Assembly (NCBI GenBank): GCA_051294375.1
Contig: CM119263.1
Span: forward strand, 28,557,280 to 28,621,279
DNA length: 64,000 bases
Source of the DNA: Paraspadella gotoi
Taxonomy: Eukaryota; Animalia; Chaetognatha
Reading direction: 5' to 3'
The position numbers and the translations under genes were made by a program. The notes beneath the pieces were generated by a model, which had not been told where the DNA came from, searched no databases, and saw only the letters and a program-made list of their open reading frames with translations. Shown in pieces: positions 26,637-41,430 of the stretch (positions are counted from its first letter, which is position 1; each line of letters begins with the position of its first letter).

Positions 26637-27141
26637 AATCCTGTCTAAGCATTCTCTTTCTGTATTTCTCTATCGCTCTTCAAAGTCAAAAAAGTTTCGA
26701 CGTCAAAAACCAATAAAAATAAAAACCCAATTGCTTTAGACTTTGGGATTTAAAATGTTAATTTTTTTCTTAAATTTGACGATGTATGTTTTAAAAAAAA
26801 TTTTATCTAAATAATTTCTTTTAACTTTTCTTATTGAAAAAAAAAAAGAATATTATTTAACAATCTATTCTTTCCGGACAATGGATGTAAAAAAAAGAAG
26901 ACTTTTCAAGGCGGTTGTTCCTCTTCCGACACCTCAAACCTTGCCGCTTGAACCGCTGGAACCCGGTGGATCTCTTAATAAAACGTTCTTTTCGGTCAAA
27001 TAGAGAGAGAAAGAGAGAGATGCTCGTTTTACTTTCTGAATCGATTTTAAGTAATGTAATTAAAGACAACAGCATCGTCGTTTTAGTCGTCGTCGTCGAT
27101 TTTTAAAAACTGATTTCGGTCTGATCCTTCGGAATTTAATT

Positions 27142-27173
<32 letters not shown>

Positions 27174-27863
27174 GGTGATGTTTATCTTTTAGCGTGTTCG
27201 TTTCTTGCTTCTTCCTATTCTCTCTCTGTCGGCGCATATCTTCTATTGCAATAAAAATTTTTGTTTAAATATTAAGTAATTTAACTAATGAATTAATTAT
27301 ATTTTTAAATCAGATTCTCGTCGAATCAGACTTTTATATTTCCCTCATATTCGAGTAAAAATTCCTATAAAAAAAAAAAGACCAATCAGTTTTCAACGGA
27401 CGATTTGAAGAATTAATGGCAATCAGCTTGACTCTCAATTTAGTTTTTAAAATGATTATTAAAAAAAAGTGAATTCTCTGACTAAATTTTAAAAAATTCC
27501 GACAATTTTTTTCTTTTTAATTGAGAATCATAAGTACAGTCTGTTAGGCTTATTGCATTACTGTGAAGAACAGCCTTTTTAACCCGCAGATCTTTAATCT
27601 CTAAATTGGAACAACCAGACACCGAATTTGATTCACGTCAAAATCACAGGATCTATCAAACGTAGTGAGAAAAAAACAATGAAAACAATAGCACTATAAA
27701 TTTTAAACCAGAAAAAGTTAACGTTGCAAAAAGTAGTGCTATCTCATCTTGATTCTTCTATCATGAAAAATGTGAAAATCCTAAAAATAATTCCCGCTCG
27801 ACTAATTCACACGAGTGTCAAGCAATTGACGCTAGTTCGACGCCAGCGTAACGTGTGATTCTC

Positions 27864-28869
27864 ATGTCCTTTACCTCCGCCCTCGTCATGGAAACGGGAA
27901 GCGACAAAGTCGGACTCCGATTGGCTGGAGCGAGAGATCGATTAGGGACGCTACAGGTGGGCGTGGCGGTTGGGTTAAATGATTTGATCGAAAGTTGGAA
28001 GATGTTAGTAAGGTCACAATAAAATATTTTTTTTTATTAATTATTATGATTATAAATTAGAACAGAAATGTTAAACATGTTAAATTTGTTCAAAATGTTA
28101 GTGTTAAAAATACTACTATGAAAAAAAACGACATAAGCAGTAGGGAGACACATTTATTATAAGCGAGGTAAAACATTGGCGAGACATAAAATAGTGAATA
28201 TGTTGAAACAGGCAATAACGTGATGTGAATAGTTCGAGGGTGTTAAACGGTTGCGTCTCTGGTGTCCACGGCCACGACGGAAGAAACCCGTTGAAGCCCG
28301 GGACGACGAGACCAATGACCGGAGGTCTAAGGTCATGGGTCCGTTGAGGGAAAAGAGAGAGAGAGAGAGAGTCGAGGTAGCTCGGCCTTAATACAATCAT
28401 TTCTAGGTAAAATAATAATGTACTTTGTTACCGACGTTAATTAAATCATTTCCCAAATCAGAATTACCAAATTTTTGTCTTTCCCTCAGGAGGAAACGGA
28501 TCCATTTTTGGACAACGAGGCCTCTCAGGTAAGATTACTCATTTACGATTTGTTTTTAAATTAATATTTTTTTAAAATTAATAACCACATATCTATGAAA
28601 ACTTTTAAAAATCTCCACCGTTCAGCGATTCATCGAACCGGGTATCAATAACAACAACGACGAAGACGTCGACAACAACAACGCCCTCCACGGTCAGGAA
28701 TTGAGTGAGACGAAACTGCTGCGGTCCACGCCGCAGCGGACGCCGCCGCAGACGCCACCGAGGTCGCCGCTGATGCTGCAGGCGCCTCAGACGCCGCAGA
28801 CGCAGATGCTGACGACGACGCCGCCGACGATGAGACGACAGACGAGGGATTTTCAATCGGTGGATGACA
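27864..28869 (+). CDS. Putative orphan low-complexity protein, 3' partial (exons 27864-27956, 28233-28331, 28490-28528, 28626-28869)
   Basis: GC-rich islands bounded by AG/GT with phase-0 junctions; strong sites ttccctcag|GAG...CAG|gtaaga and ...GACA|gtaagt. No homology recognised and the exon 2 acceptor is weak. Confidence 0.35.
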
Positions 28870-29391
28870 GTAAGTCTATCGGTCTGTCTTTCTGCCCGTC
28901 TGTCTGATTAAATGTATTTATCGGTCTTTTCAAGCTGTCTGAAACCCGATACTGACTACATTTATTGGTTTGCTTTCTTCATAGTTATCTTTCTCTCTCG
29001 TATTATTTTTAATGTATTCAAACTTGTAGTGAAATAACAAAGCAATATCATAAGTGTGATGCATAGTCTTCATTTTCATATGTCAACTATTTGTCCTCCT
29101 TAAATTGTTGTTACCTAATTTAGGCTTTTACATCTGGGCTGAATACTTTTATATTAATTATTACATAGCACTTAAATTTCCAAATCTATTGAATTGTAAA
29201 CCATTATGGGGCGGAAAACCTTTTTAAAAAATCAAAACAAAAGAACAAGAAAAACAAACAAAAGGGGAAAAAATAAAGGAGAAATAATGGATTGGAATTC
29301 TGAAGGATCGATTTTGTCGTCGTCGTCGTTGTCGTCGTCGTTTGTTTCTTTTTTTCGTGATTTGCATCGGATTTTTCTCTTTGCGGCGACG

Positions 29392-29615
29392 AAAGGTGGT
29401 TTAAGGCTGGGATGAAGGTGGTGGTTTGGGTGGAGATGGATAAATTAGAGTGGTTAGGACAAGAAAGGTGGTTTAAAGTTGGGATGGAGGTGGTGGTTGG
29501 GGTGGAGATGGAGAAATTAGGGTGGTTAGGACAAGAAAGGTGGTTTAAGGTTGGGATGGAGGTGGTGGTTGGGGTGGAGATGAAGAAATTACAAATTAGG
29601 GTGGTTAGGACGAGA
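29392..29615. repeat. 72-bp G-rich tandem repeat, 3 copies
   Basis: aaaggtggtttaaggttgggatggaggtggtggttggggtggagatggagaaattagggtggttaggacaag repeated. A compositionally similar C-rich tract lies at ~150-230. Confidence 0.85.
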
Positions 29616-29965
29616 GGTGAGTGGTCTGGATTGGTCACTGGCCAGGATTGGGTTGTGACGACCGTTTAAGTCGTCAGCTCTCTACTACTCGAGATTATAT
29701 CACATCTTAGATTAAGAAATTTTAGGCGTTGACTTGACGACGCCTAGGGTTTTCAGTGTGATAGACTGATAGATTAATAGACTATGTTGAAAAACCCCCA
29801 TTGTTTTTTAATGTGAATGGAAGAGAGGAAGTTATTTTATCATGTCTGTGATGGTGATGGTTAAAATTTTGTGGTGGTCACTGCGACGAAAAAATTGGTG
29901 GTTGATGACGCGCGAATAAAACGGAACCCGATTTCCTTTAACTTGATCCCGACGACGACGACGAG

Positions 29966-30010
<45 letters not shown>

Positions 30011-30994
30011 GACGGCGACGACGACGACGACGAGGACGGCGACGACAACCCGAAACACGTGATCGGGTTTTTACTAAAAAAAAACAATTCGTTTGAATTC
30101 GAAAGTGAGTTTTTAATCAAAGCGCGATTCGTCAATTTCGCATAACTGGAATTTCTCGCTAAATCTAAGAAAAAAGGATGGAAAAGTTCGCTAATTCGAT
30201 CTTCTTTTAAATCGATCCGCGAAAAAAAAACCTCTGCAAAATTTGTGCAGAGAAAACATTGAACGCGAACGTGAGAAATAAAAATCAATGGCGAAACGAA
30301 TTCTAAACTTTTTTCTGTCTGAACAACAATTCTGTCTGGAAAAAAGAAATAGTGGGTAGGATGAATGTTACGACCTGAAATAAATTTTGATCAAATGTCA
30401 ACATTTGAGAAAACGGACGAAAAAATTTATAATTTTGTCAAAACTAGCAATGAAACAGAGAATCAAATTTTTGAAAAACCATAAATGAAAGACCGAAAAC
30501 GTTTAATGTAAAAAAACATAAAATAAAGGATTAAACTTTCGAACGATATCAACAGCTGTCTTTTTTTAATAAAGTTTCATTTTTTAAAACATTTTGAAAA
30601 TAAATGTCGCGTCTCGGCGTGCGTCCAATATTCGTGGTACGAGCGAAACGTAAACACAGATAAGGTCGTCTTGCGGCGAGGGGTCCGAGCGAGGGGTCAG
30701 AGCGAGAGGTGGGATTGCATCGAGGCAGTGAGGTTCGAAACACCGGAGTCAGATGAAGGGTGAGTGAGTGAGAGATTGTGAAACGACGATCAATGAATTT
30801 CGACAAAAATCTGAAAAATTAAAATGTTTTGCAGCGAGTTGCAACTTTTTTTGTGACCAGAAAAAAATCATACTGTTGAAAAAAACTAACAATTCGTTTT
30901 TAAACAAAATGAAAATTGGACTGTAATCAACTTCGGATTGATTGTTACATGTATACAATGAACGTATTTAACTTTAAACAATAAAATTAAAACG

Positions 30995-32731
30995 ATGGAC
31001 AAGGAAACGAAATCTCGTCTCCCCGCCGACGAAATCAAAAGCGAAAATAATTTGTTTCGACCCGAAATCGATTTTCGTTTCGGAGTCGATGGACCGCAAC
31101 TGGTGCTGTTTAAAAATTCGCCGGACGATTTCACGGAACCGCTGCAAACTCAACCACAGAAGCAAGAACTCCAGCAGCATTCCTTGGGCGAGGCGGGACA
31201 ACTGAAATCGCAAGACCTTGAATCGCAGCAAGGGCAGCATGTCCAAGTAAATCGAGAACAACCGCAGCAAAATCCGCAACAACGTTGCCGCAAACTCGTC
31301 GTAGACTCCAGCGTCCAACTCCACCTCGACAATCGGGTCAAAGAGCGGCAGGTGTCCAGCGGCGCCGAAAAAAGAGTCGCCTTCGACGGCGTCGTGGAAA
31401 TCGACGCCGTGAAAGTCGACGTTGACTGCGACGTGGATAAAGAGGGCGTCGAAAATGAAGCACCTTGGCACGATGGCGGTGCTGAGGATCCTTCATGGCG
31501 CGATCGCGGTGCCAAGGATTATCCGTGTCTGCGCGATTGTAGTGCCGTTGATCGGTCGCGTTGCGATGGCGGTGCTGAGGATTCCTCGCGACGAGATTAC
31601 GGTGCTGAGGATCCGTCAGGGCGCGATTCTAGTGCCGAGGTAATATCTCGGCGCGATGTCGGAGCCGAAGATTCGTCCCGGCACCGTTTCGACCTCAAAA
31701 CTAAAAAAAAAGACTCCGCCGAGATTTCTCGGTCAGAGGAAAACAATTTCCTAAGCAACAACAACAACAACGACGACGAGACGTTTGAGATTCCCGGCCA
31801 AATTTGACGGCAGTCCCTGTCGAAACCGGCGCCGCTAAAAGGCGTGTCGACCAAAACCGGCGCCGTCTGGGGTTTTGCGGTTTTCGCGGTTTTTCGAAGA
31901 AGAAAGAAACGACGCCGACGACGATGGAATTGTCGAGTGGCGCGCAAATGGAAAACATCAAAGAAATTCTGCCATGTCTCAATCAGTTTAATCTCTTTGT
32001 GCCGTGTAAGAGTGAGAGATATACATATGTATATAATATATATTATATACTGATTATTGTAGTTTATATAAGTTTTTTTGTTGTTGTATTCGTTTTTGTT
32101 TACAGTTTTGTATTAAGAACTTAAGCTATACATCACATTACACTTTCCCTTAACAATTTTCTCGTTTAGTTTTTACTTTTCAATTTCACTTTTTAATTTC
32201 ACTCTCCACTTTCTAATTGCCTCTTTCCACTTTAAATTTTTTTCTTTCCACTTTCCACTTTCAATTTTCCACTTTCCACAGGCACGAACCGCCAAGAGCA
32301 CGACCGGCGTCTTTCCGTCTTCCTCGGAACGACGCAGCCTTTCCAACGAAGACGGACGCAGGAAGAGCAAGTAGGAACCGAATAATCATAATTAATTAAT
32401 TATCATAATATAAAACTTAATTGATAAGTTATCCTGTTTCACACTTTCACTATCAGAACCCTTTTTTTGTATTTTATAATTCTCCAAGAAACTCTTTGAA
32501 AACGTATTGAGTCTATAAAAAAGATAATTTAAGTTAATTTTAAATTTTTTTAAATCATTAAAACTCTTTCAAAGTCTTTTGTTTTTTCCCCAGGAAATTG
32601 ACAGCAACTTTCGTTGGTCGATGTGTCTATTTCATCGCTACACTCTCGTCTTCATCGCCTGCATCTCACTATTCATCGTCGGAATCACAATTAGTCTCAT
32701 CATGAAGAAACACAAGAGAAATATTCTGTGA
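30995..32731 (+). CDS. Orphan disordered, C-terminally tail-anchored membrane protein (~410 aa) with one frameshift at ~31803; exons 30995-32005, 32282-32370, 32594-32731
   Basis: The 270-aa ORF overlaps a -1 frame ORF at caaATTTGAcg. The second frame splices in phase (1, 0) to a terminal exon encoding YTLVFIACISLFIVGITISLIM-KKHKRNIL*. Contains KRVAF and 10-aa repeats. Confidence 0.6.
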
Positions 32732-32966
32732 GGAAACAGTAGTAAAAGCTTTTGCGAAGAAACCGTAGCGTAATTCTTTGTGAGGAAACTGTACTTAAAA
32801 TCCTCTGTGAGGAAACAGCAACGAAATCCTCCGCGAGGGAACAGTAGTGAAAACCTTGGTGAGGAAACGGCACTTGCATCCTCCCTTAGGGAACAGCAGC
32901 TAAATCCTCTGTGAGGGAACAGCAGTGAAAGCCTCTGTGAGAAATTTGCGCTACAATCCTTTGTGA
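32726..32966. repeat. Degenerate ~26-bp minisatellite (TGTGAGGAAACAGCAGTGAAATCCTC), about 9 copies, in the 3' UTR
   Basis: Recurrent gtgaggaaac...aatcctc at ~26-bp spacing. Confidence 0.8.
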
Positions 32967-33827
32967 ATTTCGTCGTCGGCTGCTTTATGGTGAGAAAACA
33001 TGCTGTTTTGTCTTTGGCGAAACAAGAAACAATCGTATTTGAGAATCGATTCACTTTTCTTCAAAGAAAACTGATCTAATCTGTGAATTGCATTACCCTT
33101 CGTCTCATAAACAAAAGAAAACAAATTATCTGTAAATGTGTTTTTTTTTCGTTCATTTTTCATCATTAAAAAAGTTTACCACCAGTGAAAAAATCTGCCT
33201 TATGACTCATAAATATAGAGAATTTGATTGTATCATCTAGAATAATTGCCGCCTTGTGAAAAACAAACTCCTTTTTATTATGAAATACTTCAAAATAAAT
33301 TGTGAACTGGACTCTTTTACAATTTTGAAGAAACGTTGACTATTGAATTATTCTAATGACATTTTTGTTGCCTTGTTGCTCTATGAAACAAAATTAAATA
33401 AAAATGTGCCATTTTAACAAAATTTATACATGTATGTTTATTCCGCAATTAAAAAAAAACAATTAGGAAAAAAAGGAAACATAAAAAACAAGAAAGAGAA
33501 GTAAGCGAGGTATGGGCAGATAAGGCTTCGACGGATATGAAAGACTAACAGCAAGCGGTAGGAATAACGGCTCCGTTATCAATGACAAATACTAATTTAT
33601 GAAGGCAGGAATAAAACCCAGAACAACCAAGGATACAATACTTGGGATATAAGATCGGTGTTATACATTTTCGACGAATTTAGCCCACCGAATGTCAAAA
33701 ACTAATATCACAAATATATAATAAAGTAAAGTATAAAGCATATTCTATAAATTAGTATTTTATATAATATCTATATTAAATTTGATTTATATTCGATCCA
33801 AAGCGCGTTTCACTTTTCTCTCCCTTC

Positions 33828-35528
<1,701 letters not shown>

Positions 35529-36598
35529 CTGGTGGGGAGAAAAAGTGGAAAGGGAATTAGAGGATTGATTGATTTATTGATATATTGATTGATGGGTGAA
35601 CATTTTTTTCTTTATTACGTAAGACTTTTTGTCTATACGTGTAGGGGAGTTTTGTTTTTGGTAAATTAGTTGGCGAATTCTAAAATCGATTGGAAATGGT
35701 AATGGTAATGGTTATTCCTGCGATGATTTGGTAATGATTGCTGATGCAATGCGACAATGTATGATGATATTGTGTTAACTTGTTGGTTATTTCTGTAATG
35801 ATTGTAAAATGAAGATTCATATAAATACTTTCGAACAAAGGTAGTTTGAAAAGATATTAAGTTTATGACGCTGGCGAGACGTTAAAAATCAAATGAATCC
35901 TCATTGTTTAAAGATTCTCGAAACGATTTCACGATTCAAGCATCTTCACGTTTTGATGAATGAAGTGAGACGGAGTCACGGATGAAGAGAGAAAAATAAG
36001 AGAGAGGAAAAAAATGTTGAAAACGAAAAAAAAAGAATAAAAGATTTAAGATCAGAATCGATATCAGAATCGAAAAAAAAATCCGATTTTCGACTTCGAG
36101 TTTTCACTTTCTCTTCGAATTCACGAGTCCGACCAGTTCGCCTTCACGGATGTGAAAAGGTTGCGACGTGAGACTCTCGCACCATAGATCCAGGGGAGAT
36201 CCGTGGATTATACGATCGCCTCGAAAGATCCGCGCACCATAGATCTGATGCGCGCATCATAAATCGACCATGCGTACTATAAATAGAATTTTTTATTATA
36301 TCGTTTACGGCCGCGTGTAAGAGTGAAATCGCGTGTAAAATCGCGTGCGCAATCGTGCGTCGGATTGCGTGCTTTTGGGCGTATTAAAGAAATACTGTCG
36401 AGGGTAAAAGATTCTGTGTATCAAAACAAACCGCTGCCTCCGCCGCCGCCGCTCAAGCAGCCGCTGCCGCTGCAGAGCAAAGTGTTAAGAAATGAAAAGG
36501 GGGAAAGTTGTGGATTCTCTTCAGTGCTTCTTTCTGAGGCCGGACGACTGTGGAATGTTCGACTGTGGCTCGAGTTACTCGGCCAGAGAGAGAGAAGA

Positions 36599-36636
<38 letters not shown>

Positions 36637-37573
36637 ATGTCGGCACGAAAAAATGAGTTTCTTTACTTAAATTTGTTTTCTGAGTGTAACTAGTATTAAT
36701 TCAATTTGTTCATTGAAAAATGAAATACGTAAAAGAGCTAGAAGAAGAGAGAGAAAGATAATGAAATTGAGTCATGATGCATTGATTTTTTACGCCATTC
36801 ATGGTTGTGATTAAGAACATTATTGACACGAAACATTGCTTAACGATATTTTTTAAAGCTTCAGAATTGGAGTGAAAGAAAAATTTGTGAGAATTTTTAT
36901 TTAGATTTTTAACTAGTAACTAGAGTAAAATTCTATCACATAGGACCATTAAGTTAGAAGCTGGAAACAATGAAATACGAAAAGCGAAATTTTACTAGTA
37001 TATATATATATAATTGGTTGTACCAATTTCATATCACTTTATCTGTATATCGTTATTTAAAACAGACAAACAGAACGCGGGGTTTTACCTATGTTTCGTT
37101 AATTTATTATATACATTGTTTTGAATTGTAAAAAAATTCAATTAATGCTTTTTTTGTGTTTGTGTGTGTGTGAATAGCATATTGAATGTACTTTTTCAAC
37201 AATTTTTTTATTAACCAATAAAACACGTGTCGTAAAAGTAGCCTGAATTTTACAAATAATTGGATTAACGTCTAAAGGTTGACCTGAATTTCTCAAGAGG
37301 CGCTTTTCATCTCAATTTTTGTCTCTTCGTCGATTTTATAATATTTTTGGACGAAATTATATCCCAAAAAATTTCAAGTTTAACAGTTAACAAATTAGAG
37401 GTAATCTGAGAAATTAAGGATTAAATACGAACAAATAAACTACATTTTCATTGTTTAATCTTCCCAGCTTGTGAAAAATTGATTTAAAAAATTGATTCAT
37501 CAAATAAATGTTTAATTGTTTCTTCTTCTCAGTTCCCGCATTGCCAACTTTCCCCTGGCACCAACAGCTCGCA

Positions 37574-39557
37574 ATGTCGACCCATTTGCAACGCCTCCTC
37601 AACGGAATACCCAAGAACGAGGTCAACACCTTCTACGACGATTGGGCGACGAAATACGACGAGGATGTGAGTTGCATCGGTTACGAGGCGCCGACTCACG
37701 CCGCGAGGGTCGTCATGGAAACCATCAAACCAAAAGAGGGGGAGCGTATCGTGGATTTTGCGGCCGGTGAGTCGGCCTCTTATTCCCCCCCTTTTCTTTT
37801 CTTTTCTTTTCTTTTCTTTTCTTTTCTTTTCTTTTCTTTTCTTTTCTTTTCTTTTCTTTTCTTTTCTTTTCTTCATTTTCTTTTCTTTTTACTACTTTTT
37901 GTCTTTCATCTAGTACTTACTTTTATTTGTTTACTTTTTTTCTCTGGCCCTTTTCTTTTTCTTTCTGACCTTATTATTATTTATTTTACTTTACTTCACA
38001 TTAATTCATGCGCTTTTGTTTTACTTTCTCTTCCTTTCTTTTCCTTTCTTTTCCTTTCTTTTCCTTTCTTTTTCTTTCAAATCTTTATCTTTATCCTCCA
38101 AGGCACAGGCCACGTCGCCGAACGCCTCCGCGACGCCGGCCTCCCTCCCGCAGTGTCCATCGACGCCGTGGACGCGTCGCCCGAGATGTTGAGAGTCGCG
38201 GAGGAGAAGCGCATCTACGCCAACTGCTTCGTCGGTTTCATTGGCGGCGGAGCGGAGTTGCCATTTGAGAAGGTGAGGAAAAGGGTGAGAAAAAGGGTGA
38301 GGGTCTGGGTGAGGAAAAGGGTGAGGAAAAGGGTCAGTAAAAGGGTAAGAGTCTGGGTGAGGTTTCTCAAGTCGCCAACAGAACATTAATAGAGAATTTA
38401 ATGGATTAGGAATTATTTGGTTTTGTACGTAATTTCATTAGAAATATATATATGACAAATACTGACAACGAGGATGTCGTTAAAGTATGAGGGTTCAGTT
38501 AAAAAACGTTACTATCTACTTGCAACAGCCGGGTTGTCAGGTTGCCTGTGATGCTCACCGGTAGGCGCCGCCTGCAACTGGCGCGGTTACCCTAGGTCGG
38601 TTTTCCTGGTGCAGTTGGAATGGTTCGTTTCCCCTCTGAGGCGATTGACTGAATAGAGTCGGAGGAGAGGCGGTGTGAATTTACCGCCACAAGATCCCGA
38701 CGTCCCCGTTGTATATTTACGTTTATAATTATCATTAAGGCGCATCCTGCCAGGTCCGCTTTCGGAGACCTTTGCCTTTGTTCGCAATTTTCTCTCACAA
38801 GGTTTGACTACACTTCAATGTAGTCTTTGGCCACTATCTATTTTTAGACAGTAGTTTCAGACATAAAAAGGTTGAAGTAAAATTGTTAAACTGACCCGTT
38901 ATCGTTTCAGGAGTCCTACGACGTGGCCACCATGATCGGTGGATTCTGTGAAAGTCACGTTCCCATCGACGGATGGGACTCGATCCTCGACGCAGTCAAA
39001 CCGGGTGGTCACGTCGTCTGCTCAATCTCAAGCGTGTGAGGTTTTGATCGCGAAAGATATTGTCGCGTCTTCGCTTTGTTAGAAGTTTAAAGAAATATTT
39101 AAAATTAGATCTGATAAAAGCTGAAAATATTTAATTATGCGGTATACGGCTCAAGCTTTTCGCGACTGAAAAATTGTCCTAAAATGTTACACATTTTTAA
39201 AAAAAAATAATTTATTTNNNNNNNNNNGTCGCGTCTTAGCTTTGTTAGAAGTTTAAAAAATATCTAAAATTAGATCTGATAAAAGCTGAAAATTTTTAAT
39301 TATGCAGTATACGGCTCAAGCTTTTCGCGACTGAACATAAAGCACCCAAAAATTGTCCTAAAATGTTACACATTTTTAACAAAAAATAATTTATTTTAAG
39401 GTGGATTGAAACAGTTCCGGAATATTTGAAGATGAACGAATACGTTGAGGAAATGTGCGAGCGAAAGGGGGCGGTGGTAAAGGAGAAGAGAGTTTACGAT
39501 AAATCTTATTATGACTTTGGTCTCATTCTTTGGGTCCTTCGAAAAAATGTTAAATAA
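37574..39557 (+). CDS. METTL27: Class I SAM-dependent methyltransferase, METTL27/WBSCR27-like, 214 aa, exons 37574-37766, 38103-38272, 38911-39035, 39401-39557
   Basis: FYDDWATKYDEDV..GYEAP N-terminal signature, motif I VDFAAGTG, DAVDASPEML, SYDVA..IGGF...HVP and VKPGG. Intron phases 1, 0, 2 are consistent. Confidence 0.9.
38491..38897 (-). mobile_element. GC-rich non-autonomous element in METTL27 intron 2, with degenerate terminal inverted repeats
   Basis: Left end gggttcagttaaaaaacgttact versus reverse-complemented right end gggtcagtttaacaattttact. Internal blocks are homologous to 41431-41626. Confidence 0.45.
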
Positions 39558-39904
39558 TTTAGTAATAAATAAACCACCAAAGCCTGTCCAAAGTCAGGGG
39601 CAAGATAGCGTATTTATTAAATGAATGGATAATTTTTATATTGGTTGTACCAATTTCATGTTTTATTTTATATTGTTAGGTTTCATTATCTTTTTTTTTT
39701 TTTGTACTAGAAGTTTTAATATTAATCAAAATGGTTGAGATGAGAAAAATTTTTCAGTTTTTTCTTTCCCTAAAAGTTTTTAAATCTTTTGTTTTTAAAA
39801 AGAGTTAGCCAAGATTCTCCCAGCTTGGCGCCAAAACGGCGAATTAATCGAGAACAAAAGATCTCTTTAAAAAAAAAATTGTAATAAGAGGAAAAAATGA
39901 AGAG

Positions 39905-39980
<76 letters not shown>

Positions 39981-39986
39981 AGAGAG

Positions 39987-40017
<31 letters not shown>

Positions 40018-41430
40018 TTTCCCCTGTGTCATTAGACAAATAGTCGTTCTGCCTTGCAAAGCAAACATTTTCAAATATTCATCTGAATCTTGTTTTTTAT
40101 TCAGAATTCAGTCGTGCGAAAAACACGAGAGACTCGCATCTGCCATATTATTCTGGCATTTAGAAGAAAGATGACGGTAAGAAAGACAGAAAGAAAGAGA
40201 GAAAGAAAGAAAGAAAGTTAACAAAAAATAAAAGAATTCGTGATTTAAAAAAAAAAGAGATTATAAAAAATATGAGAGCTAAAGATAGACACAGACCACG
40301 ACGCCAATGACGACGACGACTTTAAACCTCAAAAACGGAAAAAGGATCTTTGACTTGTTTGAAAAGGTTTAAGGGGGAGACGGAGAAAAACTTCGTTCAT
40401 AATTCTTCGCCTCTCGTTGGGTGACTTAAGGAAAGGTTGAAGTGAGTTGGACAAAGTTGTGGTGAGTCGGTGAAGGATGAAGGGAAAGTCCAGAGGGAAT
40501 TAGGATGAAGGTTGAATGGTAAAGAAATGACGAGGTAAGTAAATGGAATCAGGTAGGGAAGAAAGCTGAGACATAATGGAAGGTAAAGATAAATATATCA
40601 AAAATTTAATACTTCAAACATCAAATTAGCCTAAAAAGATTTTTAATCCTTCACGGAATTTCTTTTTCACAAATCTTGAATTTTTAAATGCCTTTTGCTT
40701 TCTATGATTTGCCACTTTATGTTCTTGAGCAAATGTACGTAATTCTTTTCAAGGCCAAAACATAAAAAATTTAACCACTAATAATTTTTATTCCACGAAA
40801 ATTACTCCTCTTCTCTCGGACGAAGTTTCAACCATAAATTTTATCACAAGAACATTTTTTTTTCTTCTTTCCATCTCCTTCGCCGTCGCTCGGTAAATTG
40901 GCGGGAAAAATAGGTGGCTGCGCCCTATTTGTCGATCGTGTGTTCAAGTTTAAGGTCCTTCTATCACATTTGAAGATAATTTCCGACAATGTTGAAATCT
41001 TTATTTTTAAGATTTTTAATTTTTAAAATATTAAATTAAATACTCAATTTAAACTCGCCAAAGGTAAGGCGCTTCGCTTACTTGATTTTAAAAAAACCTG
41101 TCTTTTTTCTCCCTCGCCTCTTCAACCTTTATGAAAAAGTGAAAGGGAAGAGAAAAAAGAAAGAGGGAGTAAGGAGGGATTGAGGGGGGAGGGGGAGAAA
41201 AGGGGTTGGGGAGAAAACGAAGATAAGGAAAAAGGTTTCGTAAATATCATCTTCTGTGAGAAATGGAAGAAAAAAAACTGAAGGAAAAAAATGGAAGAAA
41301 AAAATGGAAGGAAAAGTCAAGGAGACGTCATTTTTTTGGGGGGGATGGGGGGGAAGGACTGAGGGAGGGGTGGGGGGGAGAGACAGTAGAGGTTAGCTTG
41401 GGATGGAATAGGGGATGGGAGAAAGAGAGG

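Noticed and set aside
32726-32966. CRISPR-like array
   Set aside because: Contiguous degenerate units with no unique spacers, eukaryotic context and no cas genes. The same applies to the 11-, 13-, 30- and 72-bp arrays.
39062-39397. ~160-bp tandem duplication in METTL27 intron 3
   Set aside because: Two near-identical copies flank a 10-N gap; typical unmerged allelic contig ends.
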